The position numbers and the translations under genes are program-made. From positions 14,882,001-14,946,000 of the forward strand of contig NC_045696.1 in NCBI RefSeq assembly GCF_009834535.1: a DNA stretch of 64,000 nucleotides, read 5' to 3'. Below the pieces are notes generated by a model. That model saw nothing but the letters and a program-made list of their open reading frames with translations, ran no database searches and was not told the origin of the DNA. This document shows, in pieces, positions 25,926 to 39,165 of the stretch. How positions within the stretch are numbered: position 1 is the stretch's first letter; the number at the start of each line of letters is the position of its first letter. The stretch comes from Camelus ferus. Taxonomy: Eukaryota.

Positions 25926-26481
25926 GACATTGGATATAAAAATAAAGCATGCTACAATTTCCTTTAAATACATTTACAGTTACATTTTTAGGGTCAGTAT
26001 ATGTAACTTGGAGAAGAGAAAGAGAACCAGGCCACTCAGATGATTGTTGAAAATGAAATTTCTTTCAGTCTGAAGTGTTTCACCAGATGCTCACTATTTG
26101 TAGATGTCCAGCACCACAAAATTCACAAGCAGTTGGTTATACAAATATAGGGAAATCATCTGGCAATATTAAAGCTTTCCCACATCTAATGGGGAGGTGG
26201 TTAACAGAAGGAAGGTCACTCTAAAACATGAGATTTAAATGGCCAATGCAATGATAAAAGGAAGTGCAAACAAAAACAAATGATGGGACCAAAATTCATG
26301 ACCTAAACATTTGAAAATCAGAAAGCCAGTTATGAGCATAAATGCTCTGAGTTAGCTTTGTTCCAGAAGTAAAATTATTTACTCTCAAATATGGATAATG
26401 TTAGAGCACTTTTGAGGATATTTTTTCTGCCTATTTATAGCATTTTATGATTTAAAGTAAGCTATAAATAACAGCCAATTA

Positions 26482-26575
26482 GGAGGAGGGTGTAGCTCAG
26501 TGGTAGAGTGCATGTTTGCATGCATGAGGTCTTGGGTTCAATCCCCAGTGCCTCCATTTAAGAAAAAAAACTTAA
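26482..26575 (+). mobile_element. tRNA-Ala-derived SINE (camelid Vic-1 type)
   Basis: A box tagctcagtgg, B box ggttcaatcc, A-rich tail, degenerate TSD. Confidence 0.88.
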
Positions 26576-26789
26576 AAAAATAGCCAGCTGATTGCAGCTA
26601 ATTCTTTTTACTTGTCTTTCGCCATGCTAAATTACATGGTAATTTATTACCATGAAATAAAGTACATTTTGTATATTAGACAACTTTTTTATTCATTTTT
26701 TTCAAATATCTAGTGGATACTAACCATGTATAAGTATGTTCTAGAATACGTTATGGGCTCCAATCTCTGCTGGCTTCTGATAAGTAGTG

Positions 26790-27000
26790 GCCAAGTTTTA
26801 GAGTCTGATAGTTTCACATCCTGGACCCACCACTTATAAACCATGTGGTTGTGAGCAATTTGTTTATCCTTTCTGGGCCTCACATGCTTCATTTTTAAAA
26901 TGAGTTTATTCCTATTTAGTCTATTAACTTGTTGGAAATCACATGATACAGAGTAACTTAGGAAATTATTAAGATCTAGAACATGATAAGCACTTCAAAA
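26790..27000 (+). mobile_element. MIR SINE
   Basis: ccacttat...tgtgagcaatttgtttatcctttctgggcctcacatgcttcatttttaaaatgag. Confidence 0.7.
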
Positions 27001-27072
27001 ATGCCTAACCTTTTGCCAAAAAAGAAAAGCAAAAGATTTAAAATAAACTGTATTAAGTTGTGTATAAAGCAC

Positions 27073-27280
27073 CAGTTTTTATTCTAAAATTCCAGTCTAA
27101 TAGAGTTACTGCCATAATATTTTTTTATGGCTTCTTCCTCGTGTGTAAATACAGTTCGAATCCACGCTCTGAATACGGCCAGCATCACCTCCAGTATTTC
27201 TTGGCACTCTTTAATCAAACCACATTGAAATATTGATAAGCATTTGAGCCTCTGTAAAGATGATTCCCTTCCCTTTTCCT
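27073..27280 (-). pseudogene. Pseudo-exon
   Basis: tatttcag acceptor; EKGRESSLQRLKCLSIFQCGLIKEC...KKYYGSNSIRLEF (ORF 27084-27302). 3' boundary approximate. Confidence 0.5.
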
Positions 27281-27789
27281 CTGAAATAGCTTTTACTCTC
27301 ATTCATCTTTTGTTTGACAAATCCTCATTGTATAAGATCCAGGTCTTATGTGTTTCTTTATGCAAACTTTGATTCCCTCATTTTTATTATCACTGGCCTT
27401 TGTACATAGATATTTTTAAGACTTGTTACACTAAAATTCCACTATTTTTCATGCAAAATAAAGCTAGTAATTATTTCTATCTCCGAGATTGGCTGGTAAA
27501 TATTGCATGAGAAAGAGCTTATAAAATGGTTAGTGCAATGCTTTTACATGTTAAGTGTTCAATAAATATTAGCTAGCAGTATTAATGTGTCTATTTCACA
27601 CTCATGTGTATATCATAGCATATTATGTCAATTGTACAACCTCTACAAATATTTGAATACGTGAAATATAGCAAATATTAAGTTAATCAATAAAATGTAT
27701 TATGGAAAAGAGCACATTTTAGAACAAAATCCTTGAATGAATTCCATGAATCTAAAAAGTCAATTTATTTGTATCAATACAATATTTAA

Positions 27790-28347
27790 AAAATCAAATG
27801 TCTATTTTAAATATATTCTACCAGCGTTACTGGCCTCAAATATATTTTCATAAATTTAGTAGGTGGAAATTCTATAGATTTAAAATACAACTCTCTTTGC
27901 TGAAAGGTTTACCGAATCTTTTCAAAATTGGCTTCAGATTGGATTTGGATGGCAGATTGAACACATACCTCTGCCCCCAAAATTTGAAATGCCAATAAAA
28001 TATTGTATTCTAAATTTTTCAATAATAGGGCTAAAATAAGAAACTGTGTCACAAACAAGGAGGAAATCCTAAGAAGTTTCTGGAACATAGAAAGTAGATG
28101 GGAAAAGAACAAGAAATGGCAGCCTAACTTTCCTTCTAAGAAAGAGTTACTGGAAAGGTAAAAGCAGATGGAGAGAAACACATGTTCCTTCTCAAAGATG
28201 CTGGGAACAGAAGGGCTCCGGGAGCCATTGTCAGGGAAGCAATTAAGGCAACGCTTTTCTACTACATCTGTCTAGTCCCCTCCACCACCCCACACCCCTC
28301 GATAGGAATTTACCGATTGCTATAAAGAATAACCTCTCTCTGCACAG
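27790..28347 (+). pseudogene. Pseudo-exon(s) in inverted block
   Basis: Plus-strand segments QRYWPQIYF, KVYRIFSKL and GAIVREAIKATLFYY (~28221-28265); CAG|gttgat donor. Boundaries approximate. Confidence 0.45.
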
Positions 28348-29250
28348 GTTGATTATTATCTTCTCTGAACGTGTCCTACATACTCACATAAACACACATG
28401 CATCTAATAGTGTATGAAAACATAATATTTCACTTACCTATAATAAAAGACATGTGCAATAGATTTCAAAGTATTGGGGAAGTTAGATCAAAGGCCCTTT
28501 GACATCACAGCTTTACATTACTATCCAATGCCAGCCATGTTGACTAATCTGTGGCTTATATCATTACTCATGAAATAAGAGAGTCAAATTATGTTTTTCT
28601 GCTAGGCTTTGTTTCTTTTTAATGAATAAAATGTATCATAAAATATATTATGCTATGAATACAACTTTTTAAAAAAATATATAAACTATAAGCAAGTAAT
28701 GGACAGAGACCATTCCAATCTGAGGTTTTCATGTTTATGCTTATGCTTAAAATTATAACTTTGTGCAAGCTGGGATATTAACATACAGTGGAAGTACTCC
28801 CTAAAATGTATTAACATTCCATAGAAAGGCAAAGTATTGTAAACACTCTAATCTAACAGTAAAGAATTGATGAAACTAAATAATAATTCCCAGCTACAAT
28901 GAGATATTACTCATTCAGTTTAAAAGCTTTTATAGTCTGTTGGGTGTGAAGTCCTATCCAGCCTCTAGCAGAACAGGAAGAAGAAAGAGTGGCATCAGGT
29001 TCCAGATTATCCTTTTTATTGTTGGGATGCAGTATTTTTGGGATTGGTGAGGTGGGGCTCAGAATACACTAGTGTAAATATCCTGTCTGCCAACTCTCAC
29101 CTCAAACCAATGTTTGCATTCATTGATTAGCATGTGAATATTGCTTTGTAACTGAACAAAAGAGAGGTTTGTGTGTGTGTGTGTGTGTGTGAGACAAGAA
29201 ATAGCATAGGAGAGTGGGAAAAATTATACAGTATATTTTCCTTTGGTTAG

Positions 29251-29700
29251 TCTCATAATTGGAATTTAGCATCTTGAAGATAGGTGAAAGTTTCAAAATA
29301 ACCAGGCCAAGAACAATGACCAAAGCTAACAAAGTTATTAGAAACAAATGCTGTAAAAATGAAAAGCCAGCAGAGTTCTTTGGCTGTCCAAGTGACGCAG
29401 TGTTTGGAAGAGGGCCGTCTCCTCTTCCTCTGTGTAGGCTCTAGCCACAAGGTGGGGATTGGATATTTGCGCTCCATGTGCAGAACATAGGAGGTCACAT
29501 AATAGCTGGTGGCATCTGTAACCATTTTATGGCCAAGGGGGTATCGAGTTGGAGAGAAAAAAGAGAGAAGAGGTGTGGATATTTGGTGGTGATGATAGTT
29601 ATGACCCGTCAGGATAGGCAAAATTGTGTTGAAATAGCAAAAACATTTCTCAAACTCAGTAAATTGACAGAGCAAAGTGTATTACTTACAGATCCTAAAT
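29251..29700 (+). pseudogene. Pseudo-exon in inverted block
   Basis: ttttcctttggttag acceptor; ILKIGESFKITRPRTMTKA...EFFGCPSDAVFG...GYLVVMIV. 3' end approximate. Confidence 0.4.
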
Positions 29701-30044
29701 ATTACTACTATTACGACTACTTTAAAACATACTATTTTGACAGAGGGACTCTACTTTTGAAATTATTCAAGGACCCATGATGGTAGAAACTTCATTTTGA
29801 TGTGTGCTTCTATGATTTTTCAAGCACTGGAGAAAGGCGGCAGCTTAACAAATGGCCAACAGGCTCACTGCTTCTTCCAGATGCAGTAACATGCCACTTC
29901 TGTTCTAATTCCATTGACCAAATCAAGTCAAATGACTACAACAACTGTCTTTGGGACAAAATATCGTGATCTTTTCACACACCTAAAAGACAGAGATATG
30001 GAAGTTTTGATACATATAAATTGTTGTTTTCAGTCTTTTCCCAG

Positions 30045-30170
30045 TAGCTAAGTGTTTGGATTTGGGTGCATGTCAGGGCACCATTCTGGGTCCCAAACAC
30101 AAATGGGGATGCTCTTTGATGACTCATGTTTAATCTGCTCAAATCAGTGGATCTCTTGTCAACATATCTG
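30045..30170 (+). pseudogene. Pseudo-exon in inverted block (126 bp)
   Basis: Strong gtcttttcccag acceptor and CTG|gtaata donor; length is a multiple of 3; reading frame ambiguous. Confidence 0.4.
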
Positions 30171-31699
30171 GTAATATAAAAAAGTGTGTAGTCAATCATA
30201 AATGAGGCCTAGGATTTTTGCATTTCATTTGCTTTTGAGATTTTATTTGAATAAAGAGTACTGTGGAAAAAAATAGAACTAGTCTACATAGGGAATATTT
30301 TCAGAAATGAAAATATTTGCATTATTATTTAAATGAAAATCTTTATGTACAGCATATTTCTGCTTTTGTCCCAATATTGTCTTAGTCAATATCTCAATAG
30401 AAAACAAATGGTATATTTGTGTTGAGTAAGAGAGAGAGAGGATGAGAGAGAGGAGGAGTTAACTTGGTCCAACTTAGCAGGATCTTAAACCAGCTATTTA
30501 TTTCGTTCACGCCAAATTAACAGAATGGCTGACCAAGAACTGAGACCCAAAATACTAGGTGTGAAGTGGTCAAGAGGAATGTCATTCATGAAAAGTTCTT
30601 TTAAAAGTGATGACTTTCACTAAACATGTGAGAAAGGACTTACGATAGCATCTCACTGCTGGAGGCTAGAAATACAGCTGCTGAAAAATACAAGTCTAGC
30701 CATTAATATTAATATAACATTTACAAAGTATTCTGTAGGCAGAACATATATTATTTAACTTTACAAGGTATTTATTTAAATCCTCAAAGTTACTCTAAGA
30801 AAGGAAGGTTGGGAAACAAATCAGCTTCTCAATCCTAAAATTTCCCTTTTCCTATTCATCTCCACCACACAGAGTCAGAAGGAAAGTATATTGTCTAAGA
30901 GGTGATCCCTTCCAAGGCACAATCTTATAGGAACCATTGATCAGTCCTGGAAGCAACTAGATAGTTGCACTGAAACAATTTGGAAAACAGTGTGAATTTC
31001 CCCTCCTGCAACCTACCTCAGGCCAGAGATACACTGGCTGCTGAAATATTTGGGGCTTTCAACAATCCCTTCATGTAAATATGAATATAATAACATGCCT
31101 ATCACACAATTATTATGTATTGACTATATATTGATTTTTGTCATTCTTGTTCTGTGAATGCTGTTTGAGACTATGTGCTTTCTTTCTTGGAAATAAGAAG
31201 AGAGTTTAGGTTCATTTGACCTATTAGCCTTACTATGACTCGTGTTTGTATCAGGAGATTTTTCCAATGCATGATTATTATGGAAAATTTTATGAAACTG
31301 TAAGACTTTCTGGGAACTAATTGGCTGTTGTCACAATTTCTATATTTTCATAACCAGTGTCTGGGTATTTTGATATTATTATTTGGATGGAAAATGATGC
31401 AAAGAATATGAAATGATTCTTTCTTTTGCTTAAATGACTGCCAGATATTAAGCAATGGTTAGAATGTACTTCCTTTGAAAAGAAAAGAAAAACCACACAC
31501 AGACAGTGTTCAAGTAATTTTTTACCACAAAAGGAAGAATATTAGTTCCATCACACCCTTAAGCAAACACATCTGAAGCTCAAATTTATTTTGGAAAATA
31601 ACTACAATTAGGAGGCAACGCAGATCTTCCCTTTATTAGTGCAAACATGCATTTCTAATGTTTTTAATGCTACTATTGCTATTCAGTTTTATAGAGACA

Positions 31700-32520
31700 C
31701 TTGTTACAGAAGTACTTAGAAGGACTTATCTTCCCAGAATATTTTCTAAAAGTACATTTTGATAATATAACAGCTGGGCAGAGAGTGCAAAATGTTGGAA
31801 GCTCAAAACTTTCAGTAGAGGCCACCAAAAGTTTATCCAAATGAAAAAGCACAGATTTGGCTGAATCATCCCCTTACCTTTGTAGAATAATCACTAAGGA
31901 GGAAAAACTCCCTGGATACTTCAAAGGATTTTGAAAAGATATTTTTCCTCGGAAAATTGTTTTAAACTCTGAAATAGAAAGTCAAGCTCCCCCCTCTCTC
32001 TCACCCATCCTAACAGGAACCAGTCTGTGGCCAGTGGTTACACCCTTTCCCCCTACCTTCTGAGGCTTTGGAAATGGATTCCAGGGTTCTGAATACACTG
32101 AATCTCTTCTTTAAAAACTCAAAAGGAATCTCTGACTTCCCAAGGACATATTGTGTATTTGCTAAATCAAAGAAAAGCATTGACAACAACTCCATTTCCT
32201 ACACAGCAACCAAAAATGCATACAGAAGTCATATAAACAACAGAAGTCTCCAGAAAGATGGTGCTCTGGCAATGACCACAGAAAACTCATGCCTGTGACT
32301 TGTGGGGTGGCCGTCTGCTGCAGCTTCCATGAGGTGATGAGCAATGGAAAAGTGTCAGCCTGTTTGTCCCCAGGGTTTCTGTAACTGTTTTCAGATTGAT
32401 GTTTGTGAAAAGTTAAAAAAAATGAACCCTCTTCTCAGAAATCACTCTCACATCAGCTTTGCCTTGAACTGTAACCATTACAGAGTATTTCTTGGAAAAT
32501 ATGACAGTCTATGATATGAT
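31700..32520 (+). pseudogene. Large pseudo-exon in inverted block
   Basis: Segments ILKRYFS, KGISDFPRTYCVF (ORF 32068-32298) and LMPVTCGVAVC. Boundaries approximate. Confidence 0.45.
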
Positions 32521-32999
32521 AGTGAATAACTTATGTGAAGAAAACATACGATGTTTGAAATACTAGAGGAGGCTTAACACTCTGGCCAGGGGCTCATTGA
32601 TACATCAGCATAGAGACCTCAACTTCTTTCCAATGTCAGCCATTGATGAGAAGGTAGTGGGTAAAAAATAAGTTGCAAACCCAGGGTGGTAACATGGGAG
32701 AATGGATCTTGATAAGAGCCCTACAGGGCAACTGGAGAATGCAGAGGGTGGAAAATGGCAATGGGATTTGGAAGCAGCCAGAGACATTACTGCCTTAGGG
32801 TATTGTTTATATCATATCCATATCCAAAGTTGAGCTAGAAACGTTTTGTTTTGAACGTGTGTTCTAATGGACCAATAGTAGAAATATGGAATTAGAGGTT
32901 AGCCATATCACCTTGTCTTGAGGAAAGTTCAGAAATGGAAGGCCGAAATTATATATTCCCGCCTATTTATCTTTCCTTTCATTAATATTACTATAACAG

Positions 33000-33245
33000 G
33001 AGATAACAATAAATAAATAGGAAACTTTTAAAAGATGAAGGAGACAAGTGACTAGGTCTAAGCTGGACTGAAGTGACACTGTAGAGATGGGTGTATACTT
33101 TATATGTGGTGGACAGAATAGAACTCCTAGGAGGTGGCAACTAAACTGATTCTGAGGGACAGCAAAGCAGTCATGTGATGGTCACGGACTGCGCATTTCA
33201 GAAAGGAGGAAACAAGGTCTTGCAGTCGGAATGAGCCTGCTTTAT
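33000..33245 (-). mobile_element. L2 fragment
   Basis: ggaggtggcaactaaactga...gcatttcagaaaggaggaaaca...ggaatgagcctg. Confidence 0.55.
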
Positions 33246-33284
33246 TTAGGAAGCAGCGAGAAGGGAGAGAAGTAGCAGAAAGTA

Positions 33285-33371
33285 AAAGTGTTCTTTCAAA
33301 ATAGTCATTAAAAATGGGAGCATCACAGGTTTCTCACCTGTGCATGATACACTTAAAAATCTACCAGCCAG
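33285..33371 (+). pseudogene. Pseudo-exon in inverted block
   Basis: FKIVIKNGSITGFSPVHDTLKNLPA with a CAG|gtacca donor; acceptor unclear. Confidence 0.35.
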
Positions 33372-33945
33372 GTACCACAACCAGTAACAGTAACACAAGG
33401 ACACTGTGTCCAAGACGGAAACCAATGAGCTGGATTTAAAACCATGAAGCAAGCAGGGAAGCAAAAAAGAAAAAAAAAAAAGTAGTTATTTGGTGAAGCA
33501 GGATTAGAATCCACTCAATTAAGCTAGATTATGATCTCAGTTGGCCAGAATTCTGATAGAAGGATCATCTCATTCTTCTAATTTTCAAGTTTCTTATTAA
33601 ATTCAGAGATGATTTTTTTTTTTTAAAAATCTGTATCCGGATTAACTCAGCTGCGTATCTACAACTTGGGAAAATGGATGAGATCAAGCCTTGGGTCTGA
33701 ACCTCTACATTATCAGGGTAGGTTGCTTAAAATGTTCAATTTATTTATGGGTGAGCAGACTCTGGGGAACCAGGCTTATGAATCACCTTTTAGCACAAAA
33801 GAATATCAAATCCAGTTGGGAAGCCAGGAAAGTATTATAATGGTACAGCAAGATTAGAAAGATAACCTTAAAGAAAAACATCTCTAAATATGATATGCAT
33901 ATGCAAGTGCTCTCTTGACTGCCAACGTGATGTTCCTCTACCAAG

Positions 33946-34054
33946 ATGCCTACAGAATTTATAATCCTCAAAGAGGACTTTTTGGACATTGAAACAGATG
34001 GGCACATTCTTACCCAAGACCGTGCAAATCACTTCAAAAGTCTTTATCTGAGAG
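33946..34054 (+). pseudogene. Pseudo-exon in inverted block (109 bp)
   Basis: ttcctctaccaag acceptor and GAG|gtagtt donor; open frame MPTEFIILKEDFLDIETDGHILTQDRANHFKSLYLR. Confidence 0.5.
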
Positions 34055-34701
34055 GTAGTTATGTAATTTTTCTATACTTGAGGTATTCTAGTGTATTTAT
34101 TGAGAGGTGCATCTTCTCTTGATAAAATAAATGTGCTACTTAAATCCTCAGAAAATTGAATGGCTGAATGCATGTATTTTATGTTCAGTGTTTTGGCTAA
34201 AACACAAAAGTAAGAGTAAAATTCCAAGAAAATTATGGACTACATCATACAGTACTTTTTTTGACTAAAAGCATTTTTAAAGTTATACAGCAATAGGCCA
34301 ATGTGAATTTTTAGTAGTATTATGCTTAACTTCTAATAAATGATTTGCAATCACTAGTTCTGGTCACCATGGAATCCAGTTCCTCCAATTCTTTGGTGTA
34401 AAGGCTCCAGCATGCTTCATTTTTTATAACTCCTTTAAGGTTTGCCCCTAAATTTTTATTGTTCTATCCAGATTACTTGAATGACCTACATCTTTCTTAC
34501 TTCATCACTTAGGGAAAAATCTCCTCACCATTCAAGCCAAGTCAAGTCTCCCCAAGTATTAGCCCCAGCATTTCCTGTGTCTAAAATGTCTTTTGTATTC
34601 CATGGTTTTTTATTAATATTCCAAGTTTGTTATCTCTAGGTTATGACAAGTATTTTTGGTCCATTTATTCTAACATTTCTACCGATTAGTAGATTCAGGA
34701 A

Positions 34702-35290
34702 CGTGACAGGAAGAATGGCTTTCTGGAGATATGCACCCCCTCAACCTGTGACTAAGTTATATTAAACGATAAAAAAAAAAATGTGGACATGATTAGGAAG
34801 AGGAGGAGATTATCCTGAGTTATGGAGGGTGGTTCAGTCTAATCACATGAGCCCTTAAAATTAAAAACTTTCCCTGGCTGGAGGAAAAACTAGAGGAGAC
34901 GGAGGGGTTCCAAGTGTGAGAAGGATTTGCTGTCCTGTCGCTGATTCTGAGATGCAGATGTCCATGCAAAGGCCAGAGAGAAGCCTTTAGAAGCTAAAAG
35001 CAGGCCCCAGGTGACAGCCAGCAAGGAGACGGGGACCTCAATCCTACAAGCACAAAGAACTGGATTCTGCTTGGAACTAAAATGAGCTTTGAGGTAGATT
35101 CTCCTTCAGAGCTTCCAGATAAAAGCCCTGGCTTCCCAACACCTTGTTTTTGGCCTTGTGAACCCAGAGCAGAGGATCCAGCGAGCCCACCCAGACTTCC
35201 GACCTTCAGAACTGTGAGATCATAAACTGGTGTTGTTGAAAGCACTACGTCTGAGGCGGTTTGTTACAGCAGCAATAGAAAACACATGCA
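34702..35290 (+). mobile_element. Solo MLT1D/E-type MaLR LTR
   Basis: gagattatcctg...acagccagcaagga...cagaactgtgagat...tttgttacagcagcaatagaaaac; 5-bp TSD aggaa/aggat. Confidence 0.92.
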
Positions 35291-36561
35291 AGGATTGTTT
35301 CTAAATATCCTTGCTTATTATTAAAAAAAGGTTAACTGGAGATGAGGGTTGTTAAAGGCATTAGCACTCGATGGAGGCTTTTAGCCACTGTATTCAGAAG
35401 AACGTTAAAGAACACAGAAAAGAAAAGAAGTTTAATAAGAACCCGAGTATTTTTTGAAAGTCATTTATGTTCAGGGCAAAATGTCAACAGCAATCTTCCC
35501 TCCTAGAATATTTTTAAAACATATCTACATCAAAGAGGGTTTTTCTTTAGTGCTCATTAAGAATTATGGCAAGTTCATGTAACTTAAACCCCCACCTCAC
35601 TTGGGTCAGTCCCCCCACCCCCCAGTAAATGAGTCATTACCAATGCAATTCTTGAATTCCCACAGGAAAAGAATATGTACTCAGGCTGACAAACACATTG
35701 TTTTCAAGTAAAAGGATAAGAAATTCTCTCCTTATTTCAATCTAATCTCCACCACTATAATGTTTTTCCTTTAGAACCACTGAAAGATTATGGTAAAGTA
35801 AAAGCTAAAAACTGTATCTAATTGTTCATATATTTTGTAGGCCTCTTCCCTTTAGCTTCCTTTTTTCTCCTTACTTAGTTGGTTTCTAACTTGAGACCCT
35901 TCTCTAACTGATTCACTTTTTAATCAACTTTACAATACTACGGAAATTGATTAAAAAGTGAAAATTCCAGAGGCCAACTGGGTAAATGTAAAATTATTTT
36001 AAAATATTAAGACAACACTTATAAATAACAAAAAAATGGATTTTGCCATCAAATAAAATGATTTTAGAAGTGTATTCTGGCATTTTGTCAATGCCTAATT
36101 TTACAGCTTTCTTTTGTATAAATTTTTTCATCCTTTTCACATTCCAAAAATATCTCTTCCAATCAAATAACTTCCTTATACATTTTTGTCAAATAACTTT
36201 CTCTGCTGTTATAACATCTCTGAATCAATGCATGTCATGAAAAAAGGATTAATAAATGCTTTATGAATCTTTAAGATATGAAAGTATACAGAGCAGGAAT
36301 TCTGTAAATTAAATTCTGTTCCTTAGATTATTACAGGATAGGATTGTATGTACCCAAAAAGTGAGTAAAACATTCTATAGTATCATACATTTATAATTTC
36401 AATTTTTATATTTAATTGTTATGTTTTGATATGGTTATAATGTAATATAATAAAATTCTTGCTTAATTAAGAAAAATCCTGTATATAGTAAAATCAAGAA
36501 CTCTTGTCTAGAATATTCTTGTCTAGAATATTCTTGAATCTTTTTTTTTAATTTTTCACTT

Positions 36562-36710
36562 CTTCATTTGTTCATTCAGTTATTCAGCAAATACTTATTG
36601 GGCATCTGTTATATGGTAGGCATTTTTCTAAATTGTGGAGATCTAGTAAGGATAAAAAATAACCCAAAAACCCTGTCCTCATTGGAGTCACATTCTAATT
36701 ATCAGGGAAA
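36562..36710 (-). mobile_element. L2 3' end
   Basis: ttcattcag...aaatacttattgggcatctg...ccctgtcctcattggagtcacattcta. Confidence 0.8.
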
Positions 36711-36919
36711 TACCTAATGAGTGTTAACAGCATGACTCAAAAAAGGTTATTCATGCAAATTTCTATATACATGACAATTTAGTTCGCTTCAAAGTACTGC
36801 AGTTTTCATATGGCGATCTTTAAAAAATGAAATTTCAATCCCATTCTGCCCTTAAAGCTGTTATTAAAAAACAAAGCAAACAAACAAAAATACATGAACA
36901 CTAACCCAAAGTATAGCCG

Positions 36920-37075
36920 GAATAACTTACAAACTGCCTAGCTTGAATGAGGAAGTATTACTTTTCCCCGTTTTACAGCTGGAAAATGAGAGACAGGCAA
37001 ATGTTTAAGTAAGTTGCCTGAGATCACTCCGTGAGGTTCAGCTGAGTCTGGGCTCTAACTCAGAAGTTCCCGATT
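36920..37075 (-). mobile_element. MIR SINE
   Basis: ccccgttttacagctggaaaatgag...ttaagtaagttgcctgagatcac. Confidence 0.8.
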
Positions 37076-38649
37076 CCCTGTGGTTGGGCCACAAGTTCAC
37101 AGCCGCTGGCTCACAGCCGCTTCCGGAGCAGCACGGAGTTTTCCTGTAAGCTCTAGAGAATCAGGCTGCCACGTCAACGTAAGTGCCTTCAGAAACCAGG
37201 TTACAAGGAAGGTCAGCAACCGCAGGTTCTTATTGCTTTAACCTTTCTGCCCACGTGGAGGAAATTCACAACAAGGTGAGTCTTGCCAAAAGAAGGAAGG
37301 CAAGAAGGATAACTGCGGAGGAAATGTGTGTAATACGAATAGGTGAAAATTCAGGGTTCCAAAAGCCCTGAGAAAATGAACATTTTCTGCAGTAGAAGTT
37401 GTAAATTTAAATTTAGCATGCTTGGCAGTTTTCTGACAAATAGTTTTGCTTTCTCATTAATCCCAAATGAAAAAGTATTAACTCCAAGTTCAAATGACAG
37501 CCAGGCCAGTGAACAGGGTATGAATCTTTATAGCTAAGAGTTTGGTATGCAATAGACTTAAACAATTAAGCCTGGGAGTTTAAAGAATGGTCAACTTGGA
37601 CTCAGGTACCCCTAAACTAATTCCAAATACTCTGGCACACAAAATGCAGGGTTTCCTACCTTGCTGGATTGCAGCGTACTTGGGTGGGCTCAGAAGCCAT
37701 GAGAGAAAAACAAAGTTAAATGCTTTAAAATTGACTCAACCCACTGGATTGCTGGCATTCAACACACAAAAATAATGATACTGAAAACTTACATTGCAAA
37801 AAAACGCACATACAACAAAACAAAACACAAGACAAGACAAAAGTCATCGGAGGACTCAGTCTCTCAATCTGCAGGGCCAACAGATTCACTGATGAGATTA
37901 CTTGGCTTCTTCAGTAGCATTAAGAGAAATAGAGTGAAAATCATTTTCCAATGACAAATAGAGTTCTTTAGTCTGCACCAGACTCCTACTCTCAATCCTG
38001 TGTTCCATTAGGTGTCCAACATATAGAGATTCATTTAACCGATATTTAAATGTTTAAATATTTAGATTTAATGTGTATCTTTGATGTGCTCAGCATTATT
38101 TTAGGTTCTGAGAAAAATGCCATACAAAAAAGAGGAAGAAAACACTCTTGTTCTCATAGACCTTATATATAAATTGTACATTTTATAAATGAAGGTTAGG
38201 TAAGATGAGGCAAATCTTACCTACAAAGAGAGACAGGTCAATGACGTCACAAGAATTTCTGTATCAGAGCCTCAAGGTCAGCGATTTGGTTACTGGAAGA
38301 GTTAGGCTGGTTAACTTGAAGCTATAGGTGTATAGTGACTTCACTGCTCCACATAGGATGTAGGTTTAGTTTGAGTAGTTGTGGGAGGAAGTTACGGGTG
38401 GAGATAATCAGGGTCGAAGTGGGCTGAAGACCCCTAAGGGCCTCCCTGACTTTACCACTGATATATCCAGTCAGTCCTTTGGCTGCGTATATTTAATATT
38501 TTAGGTAAATTATTATGTTTAAGAGTTTCTTCTGTCAATTATACTGACAGAGAAGGAAAAATATCCTTTGGCTAATTATATCACGTGTTCCCCTTGCTTT
38601 CATAAAAAACAGAAACACTGTTTTCTAACAGAGTAAAAATGATATGACT

Positions 38650-38785
38650 TTGGTGGAGGGTGTAGCTCAGTGGTAGAGTGTGTGCTTAATATGCATGAGG
38701 TCCTGGGTTCAATCCCCAGTAGCTCCATTAAATAAATAAATGAATAAACCTTATTACCCCCCAAAAAAACAAAACAAAATTTTTA
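38650..38785 (+). mobile_element. tRNA-Ala-derived SINE (camelid Vic-1 type)
   Basis: Same body as the copy at 26482; 15-bp TSD aaaaatgatatgact/aaatataatatgact (13/15). Confidence 0.9.
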
Positions 38786-38800
38786 AAATATAATATGACT

Positions 38801-39165
38801 AAAAATCTTGAAGTCATCACTCATTCCTTCATCTATATACAACCATCAAGTTCCTTTATCTGCTGTTTGTTTATTCGGCTCTCATCACATGTAATCACCT
38901 TAAGACTCAATGATTACAGCTAGGGCCTGATCCCCTCTCTCTGGCCCATTTTACTCCCTTTTTCACTTTGTCTAACCAATTGTTCTTAAATCCTAATCTT
39001 ATCATGGAATGTCTCTGCTGAGAAAAAATTCTAGGGCTATTATCTAATGCTTTCAATTTAAAGTCTACTGTAAGTCACCAATCCACTAAACACTCACTGT
39101 CCCTTGCACTTGTGTAATCGCAGCTTCAGCTAAACCTTCCTCATTCTTTCACACCCGCTACAGGG
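38801..39165 (+). mobile_element. L2 fragment
   Basis: aaatcttgaagtcatc...tcttatcatggaatgtctctgctgag. Confidence 0.6.

Noticed and set aside
26482..26556. tRNA-Ala gene
   Set aside because: A-rich tail, TSD-like flanks, imperfect stems and a second similar copy at 38650 indicate a SINE.
36502..36536. 15-bp tandem duplication tcttgtctagaatat
   Set aside because: Ordinary slippage duplication; no array or spacer structure, so not CRISPR-like.
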